The notes under the pieces are model-generated. The model saw only the letters and a program-made list of their open reading frames with translations. It searched no databases and was not told where the DNA came from. Below, one piece after another: positions 40,910 to 49,789 of a DNA stretch of 64,000 nucleotides. The DNA is from a virus. Taxonomy: Duplodnaviria > Caudoviricetes. Made by a program: the position numbers and the translations under genes. Positions within the stretch are counted from its first letter, which is position 1. Each line of letters opens with the position of its first letter. The stretch is from the IMG/VR virus record IMGVR_UViG_3300020718_000278, positions 18,586 to 82,585 of that record, one strand, 5' to 3'.

Positions 40910-41671
40910 ATGTCAATCATTGGATTAGATGCCAATCATGCTCCATTTAAATATTTGGACGAATATGTAGAAACACCAAATTGGGAACAGTTGCATAATG
41001 AAGTATGTTTAGGAATTGCTAAAGCTGAATGGAATAAAAAATTTGTGTCTAGCGGAGTACACAAAGATTGGGCTGATGATGAAATTACAACAACTTTTCT
41101 TAAACTACAAGAAAGATTAACTCCAGATCAATTACGCATTTTTGTATCATTGGCATCTGTGGATGAAAAAATAAAATTTCTTAACGCACTAACATATACA
41201 CCGCACCCGTTCTGGGTTATTTTCTTAAGATGGAACAGACGTGTTGAAAAAACTGGTGTGTACAATAAAGCTGTGCCTGAAGATTGTTTTTGGACTGAAA
41301 ATGCTAAACAATTTCCGTCTTTAGTAAAGTTCATTGAATCTATGCCTTTTGAAGGCATCGGGCGTGTGATATTGTTTATGACTGAAGCAAATAATAAAAC
41401 AGTTCCGCATTATGATGTAGCTAATGATGCGCAAAGAGCTGAAAAACCAAATGATGACTTTATATGGTTTACTACAAAGCCAAAATCTAAAGGTGTATAT
41501 GTAATGGATGGCGAAACATTAGATAAAGTTTACCCAGATCCAGATAAACGATTTGTATGGTTTAATGAAATGGATTATCACGGTACTGATCCAGTCAATC
41601 ATTTTAGTTTTTCAATTAGAATAGATGGCAAATTTAAACCAGGAGTACGCGAAGCACTTACAAAGGGTTAA
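40910..41671 (+). CDS. Cupin/2OG-Fe(II) oxygenase-like protein (Asp/Asn hydroxylase-like)
   Basis: HYD...WFNEMDYHG HxD...H facial triad; FSIRIDG terminal strand. Confidence 0.6.
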   Translation: MSIIGLDANHAPFKYLDEYVETPNWEQLHNEVCLGIAKAEWNKKFVSSGVHKDWADDEITTTFLKLQERLTPDQLRIFVSLASVDEKIKFLNALTYTPHPFWVIFLRWNRRVEKTGVYNKAVPEDCFWTENAKQFPSLVKFIESMPFEGIGRVILFMTEANNKTVPHYDVANDAQRAEKPNDDFIWFTTKPKSKGVYVMDGETLDKVYPDPDKRFVWFNEMDYHGTDPVNHFSFSIRIDGKFKPGVREALTKG

Positions 41672-42242
41672 GTTCTTTATTCCACGGGGTGTTGATAATG
41701 CATCTATCTTTATTACGCCACTGATTTACAAATCCTTGGTAATACATTAGTGCTTTTTCTTTAGAAATACTTTGATATGGTAACCAAGCTCGTATATCAA
41801 ATCCAGCATCAAATAATTCTTTGTTAAAATTTTTCCTATCTTGTTGTAGCCATTCAATATTTTCGCTAATCTGTGTAGTAGGTTGAGGAGAAAAAAATTG
41901 TTTAATAATATCAGCACTACGCCATACCTCAACATAATCAATGCTTTTGCTGACAGGGTTACCGACTTTGACTCGCCAAACTAAATTGCCATTTGCAGCA
42001 GAATCGTAAAAAATTTGATTATGAGCATTCCAATCTTGTTTTAAATTTGCTGTTTGTTTACGCACATTCATACCTGTTTGTGCTAACGCAGGGTCAAAAT
42101 AATTATTGTAAAATTTTTCGTTATTTTGAGTATGCTGTATCCAAAGATATCTAATGGCCCACGGCCCTTCATCACTTTCTATTAAAGTATTCATTTCAAG
42201 AAGATCCTGATCACCGTAGTTACGTCTTGGAATCACTAGCAT
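41658..42242 (-). CDS. Hypothetical protein, possible dimeric alpha-beta barrel (ABM-like) core
   Basis: Clean ORF; KSIDYVEVWRSADIIKQF resembles ABM barrel strand-helix motifs (weak). Confidence 0.45.
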   Translation of the reverse strand: MLVIPRRNYGDQDLLEMNTLIESDEGPWAIRYLWIQHTQNNEKFYNNYFDPALAQTGMNVRKQTANLKQDWNAHNQIFYDSAANGNLVWRVKVGNPVSKSIDYVEVWRSADIIKQFFSPQPTTQISENIEWLQQDRKNFNKELFDAGFDIRAWLPYQSISKEKALMYYQGFVNQWRNKDRCIINTPWNKELNPL

Positions 42243-42243
42243 A

Positions 42244-43122
42244 TTAAAAATATTTCTTTTTATGTTCGTCCCACTCTTGTTCGTCTAAATGATTAATATT
42301 AATTCTAAAAAAGTGTCGAGTAGCAGCTTTTGGGTCAAACGTTAATGCTGTTCTTGAATGTATAAATGAATGATTATCGTAAATAGCAATATCGTTGGTG
42401 TCCCACTGGTGTTGATATAATAACTCAGGAACTTTTTCTAAGTGATTAGTCCATTGGCGTATTAAAAAACAATGCCCTTGAGATACTCCATCAATTTTAA
42501 CATCAGTAATCCAAGCACCCTTTTTTTGACCCCAATTATAATGATTTAATCTCAAAGATTTTGCCCCGGTAATAGGATGTATTTTAAGTAGTGGAAATTC
42601 TTTAATGTCTGAGCCTGGCTCGTACCAACTTTGCTGACATACTGTTACACGAGGTATTAGTTCTATCATTTCTGGAGTAAGATATTGAAAACTTTCTTCA
42701 AGATTCATCCAACTAGTTTTTCCCGAACGTCCTGGGGTAGGATTTTCTGTAATCCACAAACTTCTAAAAGGATAGGGTTTGTAATCTCTATTTGGAATAT
42801 CTGAATGCCAATTCATATAAGCATTTGATACCATTTTGGTATTGGCATTGTTAAATGGACTTATAATTTGTACACCGTTTTTAGTCTCTACCTCTTCAGT
42901 TACTTCATGCGAATATCTGTAGTCGTCGGTAGTCCATGGTTTTCCAAAATAAAAACTAAATTCTGAATATTGTGCTTTTGTAAAATCAACTTTTTTAAAG
43001 AAAATTAATTTTCTTTCGTACGACAATTTGCGCCAGTAATCAGGGCTGTAATTAAAAAATTCTTCCGGGGTATCTAAGTTAATTATTGATCCCCAACTAT
43101 CTTTTATGTTTGTAATGTTCAT
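42244..43122 (-). CDS. TauD/TfdA-family 2OG-Fe(II) dioxygenase
   Basis: WHSD, GKTSW.N, PLLKIHPITGAKSL, HQWDTNDIAIYDNHSFIHSR. Confidence 0.88.
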   Translation of the reverse strand: MNITNIKDSWGSIINLDTPEEFFNYSPDYWRKLSYERKLIFFKKVDFTKAQYSEFSFYFGKPWTTDDYRYSHEVTEEVETKNGVQIISPFNNANTKMVSNAYMNWHSDIPNRDYKPYPFRSLWITENPTPGRSGKTSWMNLEESFQYLTPEMIELIPRVTVCQQSWYEPGSDIKEFPLLKIHPITGAKSLRLNHYNWGQKKGAWITDVKIDGVSQGHCFLIRQWTNHLEKVPELLYQHQWDTNDIAIYDNHSFIHSRTALTFDPKAATRHFFRININHLDEQEWDEHKKKYF

Positions 43123-43727
43123 GATAACCTTGCGTCTATAATAAAGTTAATTCTGTCTTGGCCACTATGATTTTCCAACCAATGTGGAACATGATTATTA
43201 ACCCAGTACAATGAATCGACATCAAGGACACAATCTTCATTTCTGATAGCAAAAATGTTATCTTCTGCGGCTGTTACTGTAAAATGAAATCGATCATAGT
43301 AACTAAAATATCTACCTTCATCTGTGTGTAAATCTACAGTTGAATGAGCAGCCAATTTACTTACAAAAATCCTGCCAAACTCTACTTGTTTAGCTCCTGT
43401 TTTTAGCAAGGTCTCTTCAAACCATTCTATTGATTTTTTAAAAATAGGTAAATCGGCGGTCACAGATTGAGTAACCATCATGTGCTGATTTGTTTGTAAA
43501 GTGTTTAGCCCTGGCGGCAAATCTTTTAAATATCTTAAGTGAATTGTTTCTGTGTAGCGCAATGCGTGGGTTACTGTTTGTCTATGCGTACTAAGTTTCC
43601 ACAAAAATGCGGTACTCGCATCATTGAAATAATTTCTTAATTCGTTGCCTAGCTCTGCATTAGTGTCTAGTTTAAAACTATTCAAATCTTCTTCAAAAAA
43701 TTTATAAGGACTTACTAAACAATTCAT
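43119..43727 (-). CDS. Aspartyl/asparaginyl beta-hydroxylase-like 2OG-Fe(II) oxygenase
   Basis: GRIFVSKL......LHTDEG.Y....DRFH; WVNNHVPHWLEN....RINFIID. Confidence 0.8.
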   Translation of the reverse strand: MNCLVSPYKFFEEDLNSFKLDTNAELGNELRNYFNDASTAFLWKLSTHRQTVTHALRYTETIHLRYLKDLPPGLNTLQTNQHMMVTQSVTADLPIFKKSIEWFEETLLKTGAKQVEFGRIFVSKLAAHSTVDLHTDEGRYFSYYDRFHFTVTAAEDNIFAIRNEDCVLDVDSLYWVNNHVPHWLENHSGQDRINFIIDARLS

Positions 43728-44323
43728 AGATAACCTCCAACTGGGGTATCTTTACGATATTCTCTTTTTAAGTATGTACAACGAATAACAGTATCGGTTG
43801 GTAACAAAATACGACTGAATAAAATAGTCCAGAAATTTTGATGTATACATTTAGTTTTTGCTGGTACTATGCATTCATCGAAATAATCATATCTTTCTCT
43901 AGCTTCTTTACTAAAGGCAAATCGTCTTAACAATTTGCCGTGTTTTTCTGACCACAAGGTATAAAATCTATATCTACCTTGTTTTTCATTATATTCCATG
44001 GCAGCATCTAACAATTTGCGTACATAACTTCTATTGTTTGTAGAACGAATCATAGTACCATACCATACTGGTTCGTTAGGACTAAGATAAAAAGATATTA
44101 ATGCTATAATTTTACCATCATCATCTTGTAATCCTAATGCTTTATATCGAACAAGCCCTGACAAATATGTTTCCACAAATGAACTGTGATATATTTTCTC
44201 AATAGGATTTTTTTCTGTTGGCACAAAATAACTAGCGTGTAAGTCTGTGCCCATAAAATTTTTAGTATAGAACAAATGCACAACCGCATCGATATGAGTA
44301 TGGTCTAATTCTATAATTTTCAT
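43724..44323 (-). CDS. GNAT-like protein
   Basis: N-terminal IIELDHTHIDAVVHLF, ALGL...GKIIALISF strands, RKLLDAAMEYNEKQG...F helix-strand. Confidence 0.45.
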   Translation of the reverse strand: MKIIELDHTHIDAVVHLFYTKNFMGTDLHASYFVPTEKNPIEKIYHSSFVETYLSGLVRYKALGLQDDDGKIIALISFYLSPNEPVWYGTMIRSTNNRSYVRKLLDAAMEYNEKQGRYRFYTLWSEKHGKLLRRFAFSKEARERYDYFDECIVPAKTKCIHQNFWTILFSRILLPTDTVIRCTYLKREYRKDTPVGGYL

Positions 44324-45237
44324 ATTTCGCCTCTTAATTGTTTTAATGCTAAGTCGTATGGAACTCCATCCAAACTAAACTCTAATCTTTTAACTTGGTC
44401 AAACCCAATGTCTTCGTATGCTTGGCCATTGAATGCTAACAAACTTTCAAAACCATGTTTCTTTTCTTTTTTTCTAAATTGTGAATACATTTTTTCTAGT
44501 ATAGCATTTTTACTTGATGCTGCTGTTAGTTTATAGTTATATTTGTCTGTTACTAATTTTTTAATACCGTCTGATTCTAAGTAATATAATAGTAATTCGG
44601 GGGTATAGCTATACCATTCGTTAACTAATGGAAGATTATACTTTAAACTAAATCGCATAGCACTAGCATCTTCATTTTCTCGAAACGCATAATACCAATA
44701 ACTACCTGCGGGTTCAACTTGTCTTGTCACTCCAGCTTCGCCGCCCATGACAGCTGGCTGTCCTAACTTTAATATATTTTTGTAAACCATAATATAGGTT
44801 AGCTGAGTACTTTGAATTTGCTCGCCAAACTCAGTAGCTTCGCCTGAAAAGAAAAAATCGTGTACATTAAAATCTATAATTTGAAGTTTAACTCCTAGTT
44901 CAGCAGCAATAGCTTCGGCCTCGGCGACTTCACTGGCATTATAGTTATTTTCAAATCTAATTACCGCACATTGCGGCTTGAACCCGTTATGTATGAAATT
45001 ACGCAATACAATTTCACTGTCAGTACCACCTGATAAAAATAGTATAAGATCCTTACCAAAGTCTTCGCGAACTAACTGTGCTGTTCTGTGTAGTTCTTCT
45101 TCGAAAGAGCTTGTACGATATTGATCTGGGTCAACAGCTCCTAACGAAACAACAAATTTCTCAACAGGTGTTTCCCGGTAGCCGTATTCTCTGCCACCAA
45201 TTGTATATTTTAAATGATTCTGATATGTAAAATACAT
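44320..45237 (-). CDS. PP-loop (adenine nucleotide alpha-hydrolase) protein, short subfamily B
   Basis: LFLSGGTDSEIV; VMGGE; WYSYTPELLLYYL; K.KKHGFE. Confidence 0.75.
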   Translation of the reverse strand: MYFTYQNHLKYTIGGREYGYRETPVEKFVVSLGAVDPDQYRTSSFEEELHRTAQLVREDFGKDLILFLSGGTDSEIVLRNFIHNGFKPQCAVIRFENNYNASEVAEAEAIAAELGVKLQIIDFNVHDFFFSGEATEFGEQIQSTQLTYIMVYKNILKLGQPAVMGGEAGVTRQVEPAGSYWYYAFRENEDASAMRFSLKYNLPLVNEWYSYTPELLLYYLESDGIKKLVTDKYNYKLTAASSKNAILEKMYSQFRKKEKKHGFESLLAFNGQAYEDIGFDQVKRLEFSLDGVPYDLALKQLRGEI

Positions 45238-46055
45238 TAGCCCTTGCGATCAGCAAATATTTTTTGTCTACTTTCCTTAGTAGCAATCAATGGTACAAAG
45301 AATAAACTTGAATCCCATTCAGACTTCTTACCACTTACTGTAGTGCCGAAGTCATAGGCGCTTGCCTTTTCGTGATGATTATTATGCCAACCTTGACCCC
45401 AAGTAATCCACGCAAGAAATGGAACATTTCTACTTTGATCTTTAGTTTCAAAATTTCTATAACCAAACTCTGGTGTATGACAAAATACATTAATATTACT
45501 TTCCATATACAAGCTCAATGCCGCTGGCACAATAAATCCAAACAACAATAACTGCCAAGAAATTAACCCAACAATAATGTAAGTTCCTAGTACAATCCAA
45601 TTATAGTGTTTAGCAATCCAAACGTGCATAGGATCTTTGAGTAAGTCTATAGCAAACTTAGGATTGAAATATTGATCCCAGTCGTATAACCAACTATGCC
45701 AAGCGTACCACCAGCCTTTAGTAGGACTATGCGCATCCTTTTCTGTGTCGGAGTATCTGTGATGGCTGCCACGGTGTATTGCCGCCCATCCTAGCGGGCT
45801 ACCTTGTAAACTTAAACAGGATAACCAAAGCACGATTGGTTTTAACCCCCATCGTAATTCGATAGCCCGATGGCTTACATAACGATGTAACCCAACAGCA
45901 ACACCTAATCCTTCGATGAGTATCCAACCGATTAACACTTCTAAAGCATTGATCCATGTGAAATCAAAAAATATCAAATAAGCAAGTGTGCCAAACCAGG
46001 CAACAGCATGAATAGGATACAAGACATAGTAAAGGAAGGAATTTGTTTTAGGCAT
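45237..46055 (-). CDS. Membrane fatty-acid desaturase (delta-9-like)
   Basis: Three His boxes HRYVSH, HRGSHH and HNNHH plus hydrophobic segments; DAHSP and GWWYAW. Confidence 0.9.
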   Translation of the reverse strand: MPKTNSFLYYVLYPIHAVAWFGTLAYLIFFDFTWINALEVLIGWILIEGLGVAVGLHRYVSHRAIELRWGLKPIVLWLSCLSLQGSPLGWAAIHRGSHHRYSDTEKDAHSPTKGWWYAWHSWLYDWDQYFNPKFAIDLLKDPMHVWIAKHYNWIVLGTYIIVGLISWQLLLFGFIVPAALSLYMESNINVFCHTPEFGYRNFETKDQSRNVPFLAWITWGQGWHNNHHEKASAYDFGTTVSGKKSEWDSSLFFVPLIATKESRQKIFADRKG

Positions 46056-46060
46056 AGCTT

Positions 46061-46074
46061 TATTTAAGTAAATA
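46061..46074. promoter_or_regulatory. Back-to-back divergent late promoters TATTTA-AG-TAAATA
   Basis: Inverted TAAATA cores 5 nt from ATG 46055 (-) and 7 nt from ATG 46082 (+) in a 26-bp gap. Confidence 0.65.
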
Positions 46075-46081
46075 TCACACG

Positions 46082-46663
46082 ATGATAAAAATAATCGACT
46101 TCTCTACCAGATTTGATAACGTATTGTGGACCGATTGCCAAAAATATATTTTGGAATCAACTGACGAACTCAAAGACAATTATATTAATCTAGATCCGCG
46201 TGAGTTTGTTTCTTTTCCGGTTGTAATAATCGATAATAAAGTTGTTTGTTTTAGTGCGTTACAAATCAACGAAGAACGTTGGGGCAAGGGTATTGGAAGA
46301 TGTAGTACTAGAATGTGGATTCATCCGGATTATAGACATGGATTAACCAAATTTAATGGCGGAAACAAATTTCTTAATACTACTTACTGCTTGCCTTTAC
46401 AATTAGCAGCCGCTAAACTAAACAACTTAGACTGTGTATTTATTAGTAGAGAACATAACTTATTGGGGTTCGCCGAGTACTCGAAGTTAATCAAGATTAA
46501 CTGCAACACTGGTTTTTTACTCGAATCTAAAAAATACAATGTGTGCGGTTCATTGGATCCAGTGCCTGATAGTTGTAAACAATGGGTCATGATACATTAT
46601 TTGACAGATAGTGGCGAAGAATGTTGGAATAGGAATATGAAAAAATATGTTTTACAAGAATAA
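46082..46663 (+). CDS. GNAT-like protein
   Basis: VIIDNKVVCFSAL, GRCSTRMWIHPDYR (motif A-like), QLAAAKLNNLDCVFISRE. Confidence 0.6.
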   Translation: MIKIIDFSTRFDNVLWTDCQKYILESTDELKDNYINLDPREFVSFPVVIIDNKVVCFSALQINEERWGKGIGRCSTRMWIHPDYRHGLTKFNGGNKFLNTTYCLPLQLAAAKLNNLDCVFISREHNLLGFAEYSKLIKINCNTGFLLESKKYNVCGSLDPVPDSCKQWVMIHYLTDSGEECWNRNMKKYVLQE

Positions 46664-47573
46664 TTGGTTTTCGTGGACGTATGACAACGGTCCGGAGTAT
46701 GGACCAAAGTTACACCCAACTGCCGAATTTAAAATAATACTTAGAAATACTATCAATCGTCCTTTGAAAAGTTATTATGAGGAATTATTGGAAAACGGTA
46801 GAGTTATTAGAGATACATTTTCTGGCCCTCTTGATTTATTGTTTTCGGGCGGGGTAGATAGTGAAATTATTTTAAGAGTCTATAAAGATTTGGGTATACC
46901 GATTAATGTTTATATTTTTAAATATGAAAATGGTTATAACCTTCCAGAATATACTCAAGCACTTAAGACTTGTACTGATCTAAATGTTACTCCTAAGATT
47001 ATAGACTTTAATTTACAAAAGTTTTTTGAAAATGAAGCATACGATATACAACAAAAAGTTTTTGCTGTAGAATCAGGGCGATTGCCACATATGAAGTTAA
47101 CTGAGTATTGCGATGGCTTACCTATTATAGGTAGTGGTGAACCATATATTAGACGCACAAGTCGAAATATGAATAAAAAATATCCTTGGGTGTTTGAATT
47201 AGATGAAAAGTGTCATCACTGGTCGGTATATCATAAGACTATAAATCGTCCTTGTATAACTGATTGGTATGAATATTCACCTGAGCTAATCTTATCTTAT
47301 TTTAATTTACCTTTTGCACAAAAATTATTAAATGACGAAGTACCAGGAAAATTATCAAATGAATCTACCAAATGTCAGATACACCAAGAGTATTGGCCTG
47401 ATTTAGACTTGCGACAAAAATTAGTAGGATTTGAAGGCCCGGAACCTGATAAATCTAAACCACTGGTTCAACCGTTTATGCTAGAATTTGGAAAAGAACA
47501 TATTCGTGGAGTCGTTACCGCAAAGTCCTACACTTTTTCAAAAGAGGAATTATTCAAGCAAATTGGATCATAG
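46647..47573 (+). CDS. PP-loop protein, short subfamily B
   Basis: LLFSGGVDSEII; IIGSGEP; WYEYSPELILSY; RQKLVGFE. Confidence 0.75.
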   Translation: MFYKNNWFSWTYDNGPEYGPKLHPTAEFKIILRNTINRPLKSYYEELLENGRVIRDTFSGPLDLLFSGGVDSEIILRVYKDLGIPINVYIFKYENGYNLPEYTQALKTCTDLNVTPKIIDFNLQKFFENEAYDIQQKVFAVESGRLPHMKLTEYCDGLPIIGSGEPYIRRTSRNMNKKYPWVFELDEKCHHWSVYHKTINRPCITDWYEYSPELILSYFNLPFAQKLLNDEVPGKLSNESTKCQIHQEYWPDLDLRQKLVGFEGPEPDKSKPLVQPFMLEFGKEHIRGVVTAKSYTFSKEELFKQIGS

Positions 47574-47576
47574 TAC

Positions 47577-47605
47577 TTGACAAATACAGCTTGATCTGTT
47601 ATAAT
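47577..47605 (+). promoter_or_regulatory. Consensus sigma70 promoter with extended -10
   Basis: TTGACA-17 bp-TATAAT with TGn immediately before the -10. Confidence 0.88.
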
Positions 47606-47617
47606 TTAACATAATTT

Positions 47618-48505
47618 ATGATGAATAACACTAAAAATAATTATATTCGTGCTACCGGTAGTGGAAAAACTTGGCAATTAAATATGGATCCATTGCCTAC
47701 TAGAGTTGATAATTATTTTATCGAAAGTTGCCGAGCTGCGGAAGAAATTTATGATGTTCGACAAGGTAAAGTGCATATTATGTACAGCGGCGGCATTGAT
47801 AGTGAACATGCGTTAAGTACTTTTTTACATTTAGGCATGGATATTATACCGGTGATTATTAAACTTAATAAAGGCCACAATGATCATGACACTAGCTACG
47901 CATTTAAGTTTTGCGAATTAAAAAATATTCAACCATTAGTAATAGATATCGACTTTGATCATTTTGTAAAGTCGGGCAAGATGTTTGAAATACAACAAGT
48001 TATAAAAACTTCTATGTTTGCTCGTACATGGTTTGCCTATGCAGCTGAACAATTGCCTGGTACTGTTATTTTTGGCGACGGAGAGCCACATATTATTAAA
48101 CACCCAACTACAAATGACTGGTATTTTGATATGTACGAATACGAATTTACAGTATCTAATTATTTTCAACTTAAAGGCATTCACGGAACGGCAAATGGCT
48201 TTAGTTGCTATCGTCCAGAACAAACTGCATCTTTTTTAATTGATCCTGCAATGAAACAACTTGCAAATAATCAAATGCCAGGATTAACAGAATCATCTAC
48301 AATCAAGCTCGATGTCTATAATCGATATAGTAAGTATAATTTAGAAGTTAGGCCAAAATATTATGGTTACGAGTATTTGCGAGAAAGTGATTTGGCTCAG
48401 GAGGCTAGAAAAGAATTTGCAAAGATTATTGAAGCTGGTAAACAGTGGAACGGAAAATCGTTCAAAGAATATAATACATTAACAAAGGATATTGAGTATG
48501 TTTAA
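47618..48505 (+). CDS. PP-loop protein, short subfamily B
   Basis: IMYSGGIDSEHA; IFGDGEP; YRPEQTASFL; RPKYYGYE. Confidence 0.75.
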   Translation: MMNNTKNNYIRATGSGKTWQLNMDPLPTRVDNYFIESCRAAEEIYDVRQGKVHIMYSGGIDSEHALSTFLHLGMDIIPVIIKLNKGHNDHDTSYAFKFCELKNIQPLVIDIDFDHFVKSGKMFEIQQVIKTSMFARTWFAYAAEQLPGTVIFGDGEPHIIKHPTTNDWYFDMYEYEFTVSNYFQLKGIHGTANGFSCYRPEQTASFLIDPAMKQLANNQMPGLTESSTIKLDVYNRYSKYNLEVRPKYYGYEYLRESDLAQEARKEFAKIIEAGKQWNGKSFKEYNTLTKDIEYV

Positions 48506-49379
48506 AAATGCACCTAATATATTTGCTCATATATCGGCGTTAAAAAATGGACACTTTGTAGTACAAGATGAAATTATTTTTAACAACAATGGTCAATATA
48601 CTATAAAAAGCAGAGAATGCCCGCATCGCGGATACATTATGCAAGAACCGGGCGATGTTGTAAAAACTGTTGTATGTAAGATGCACGGATTTGCCTGGGA
48701 CAATGAAGGAAAACCATTAGATAATATAGCTGAACCATGTCGCAATCATTTTTATAAACTTTCGCATCACGGTGAATTAGAAGCAGGCAAGACCGGGGTA
48801 TTGTTTCATAATTTTAAAGAACAACCAGGTTCTGAGTGGGCTCGAGAATTATCTAAAATAACTGATTTAGAATTTGTTAAGACTGTATCAGGTGAAAGTC
48901 CTGGCAGTCGACTATGGATGATGGAACAATTAACAGATGTACTTCATTTCAAACAAAATGGAGTACACCCTAGACAGAGTTTAGAAACTCCAATGGACTT
49001 GTTAGAACAAACATTAGAAGAAGGCTGTTCAGTACAGAAAAATACCAATGTAAACGGTGTTGTGGGTTATTGGGTGTTTATATATCCTGGGTATGGCATC
49101 GAATTTGAACCAGGTAAATTAACTATTACTAGAATAATACCCAAAGACAACAAAGAAGAATTTGGATTTTACTGGGAAATGCAATTTTATTATTCACCGT
49201 GGGTAGATAAAAACGAAAGAGCTGAATGGGAAAAGAATATTGAAACATACTACGAAGATGTAACTGCGGTTGAAAAAATTAAACGCCCTTACTTCCCACT
49301 AAAGAAAATGGTTAACAAATTTGAAGAGCAGATGTACGATTGGGGACAGTGGTATATTAAAAATAAAACGAAAGTTTAA
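48498..49379 (+). CDS. Rieske non-heme iron oxygenase alpha-subunit-like protein
   Basis: CPHRG...CKMHGFAWD Rieske ligands; WMMEQLTDVLHF...VH and ED...E mononuclear-iron pattern. Confidence 0.82.
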   Translation: MFKNAPNIFAHISALKNGHFVVQDEIIFNNNGQYTIKSRECPHRGYIMQEPGDVVKTVVCKMHGFAWDNEGKPLDNIAEPCRNHFYKLSHHGELEAGKTGVLFHNFKEQPGSEWARELSKITDLEFVKTVSGESPGSRLWMMEQLTDVLHFKQNGVHPRQSLETPMDLLEQTLEEGCSVQKNTNVNGVVGYWVFIYPGYGIEFEPGKLTITRIIPKDNKEEFGFYWEMQFYYSPWVDKNERAEWEKNIETYYEDVTAVEKIKRPYFPLKKMVNKFEEQMYDWGQWYIKNKTKV

Positions 49380-49789
49380 ATTTCAGATTTAACACCCCAT
49401 TTAACCTGTTGCCAAACTCGTTCGTGTATGTAATAAACAACTGCGGTAATAAGATTTTTCGTAATTCCTATGTTTAATGCAGTCATAAAGTTACCAATGA
49501 CGGCCCACTTAGTCAAAGTTCCAACAGTAAAAATCCATACTTTATAGGTAATTGTTTTTACAGCAGTTCGTTTGTTACTTTCTTTATGGTCTACTATGGA
49601 CCACTGTAACTTAGACCATACATATTCGTGAATATAAAATCCAATAAATGTAGTAGTACTATTGGCTATTACTACAAATAGTGCAGTTTCTTTACTACCT
49701 GTAAAAAATAATGCAGTAAAATATCCTACAGTCATTGCTAATATTTTAAAGGTAACTGCCTTGGCAAATATTCTTTTTTGTGTATCCAT
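49376..49789 (-). CDS. Small membrane protein, tandem DUF2061-like repeats
   Basis: Two copies of KR...KA+T+K....Y+HE.+W....W. Confidence 0.72.
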   Translation of the reverse strand: MDTQKRIFAKAVTFKILAMTVGYFTALFFTGSKETALFVVIANSTTTFIGFYIHEYVWSKLQWSIVDHKESNKRTAVKTITYKVWIFTVGTLTKWAVIGNFMTALNIGITKNLITAVVYYIHERVWQQVKWGVKSEI

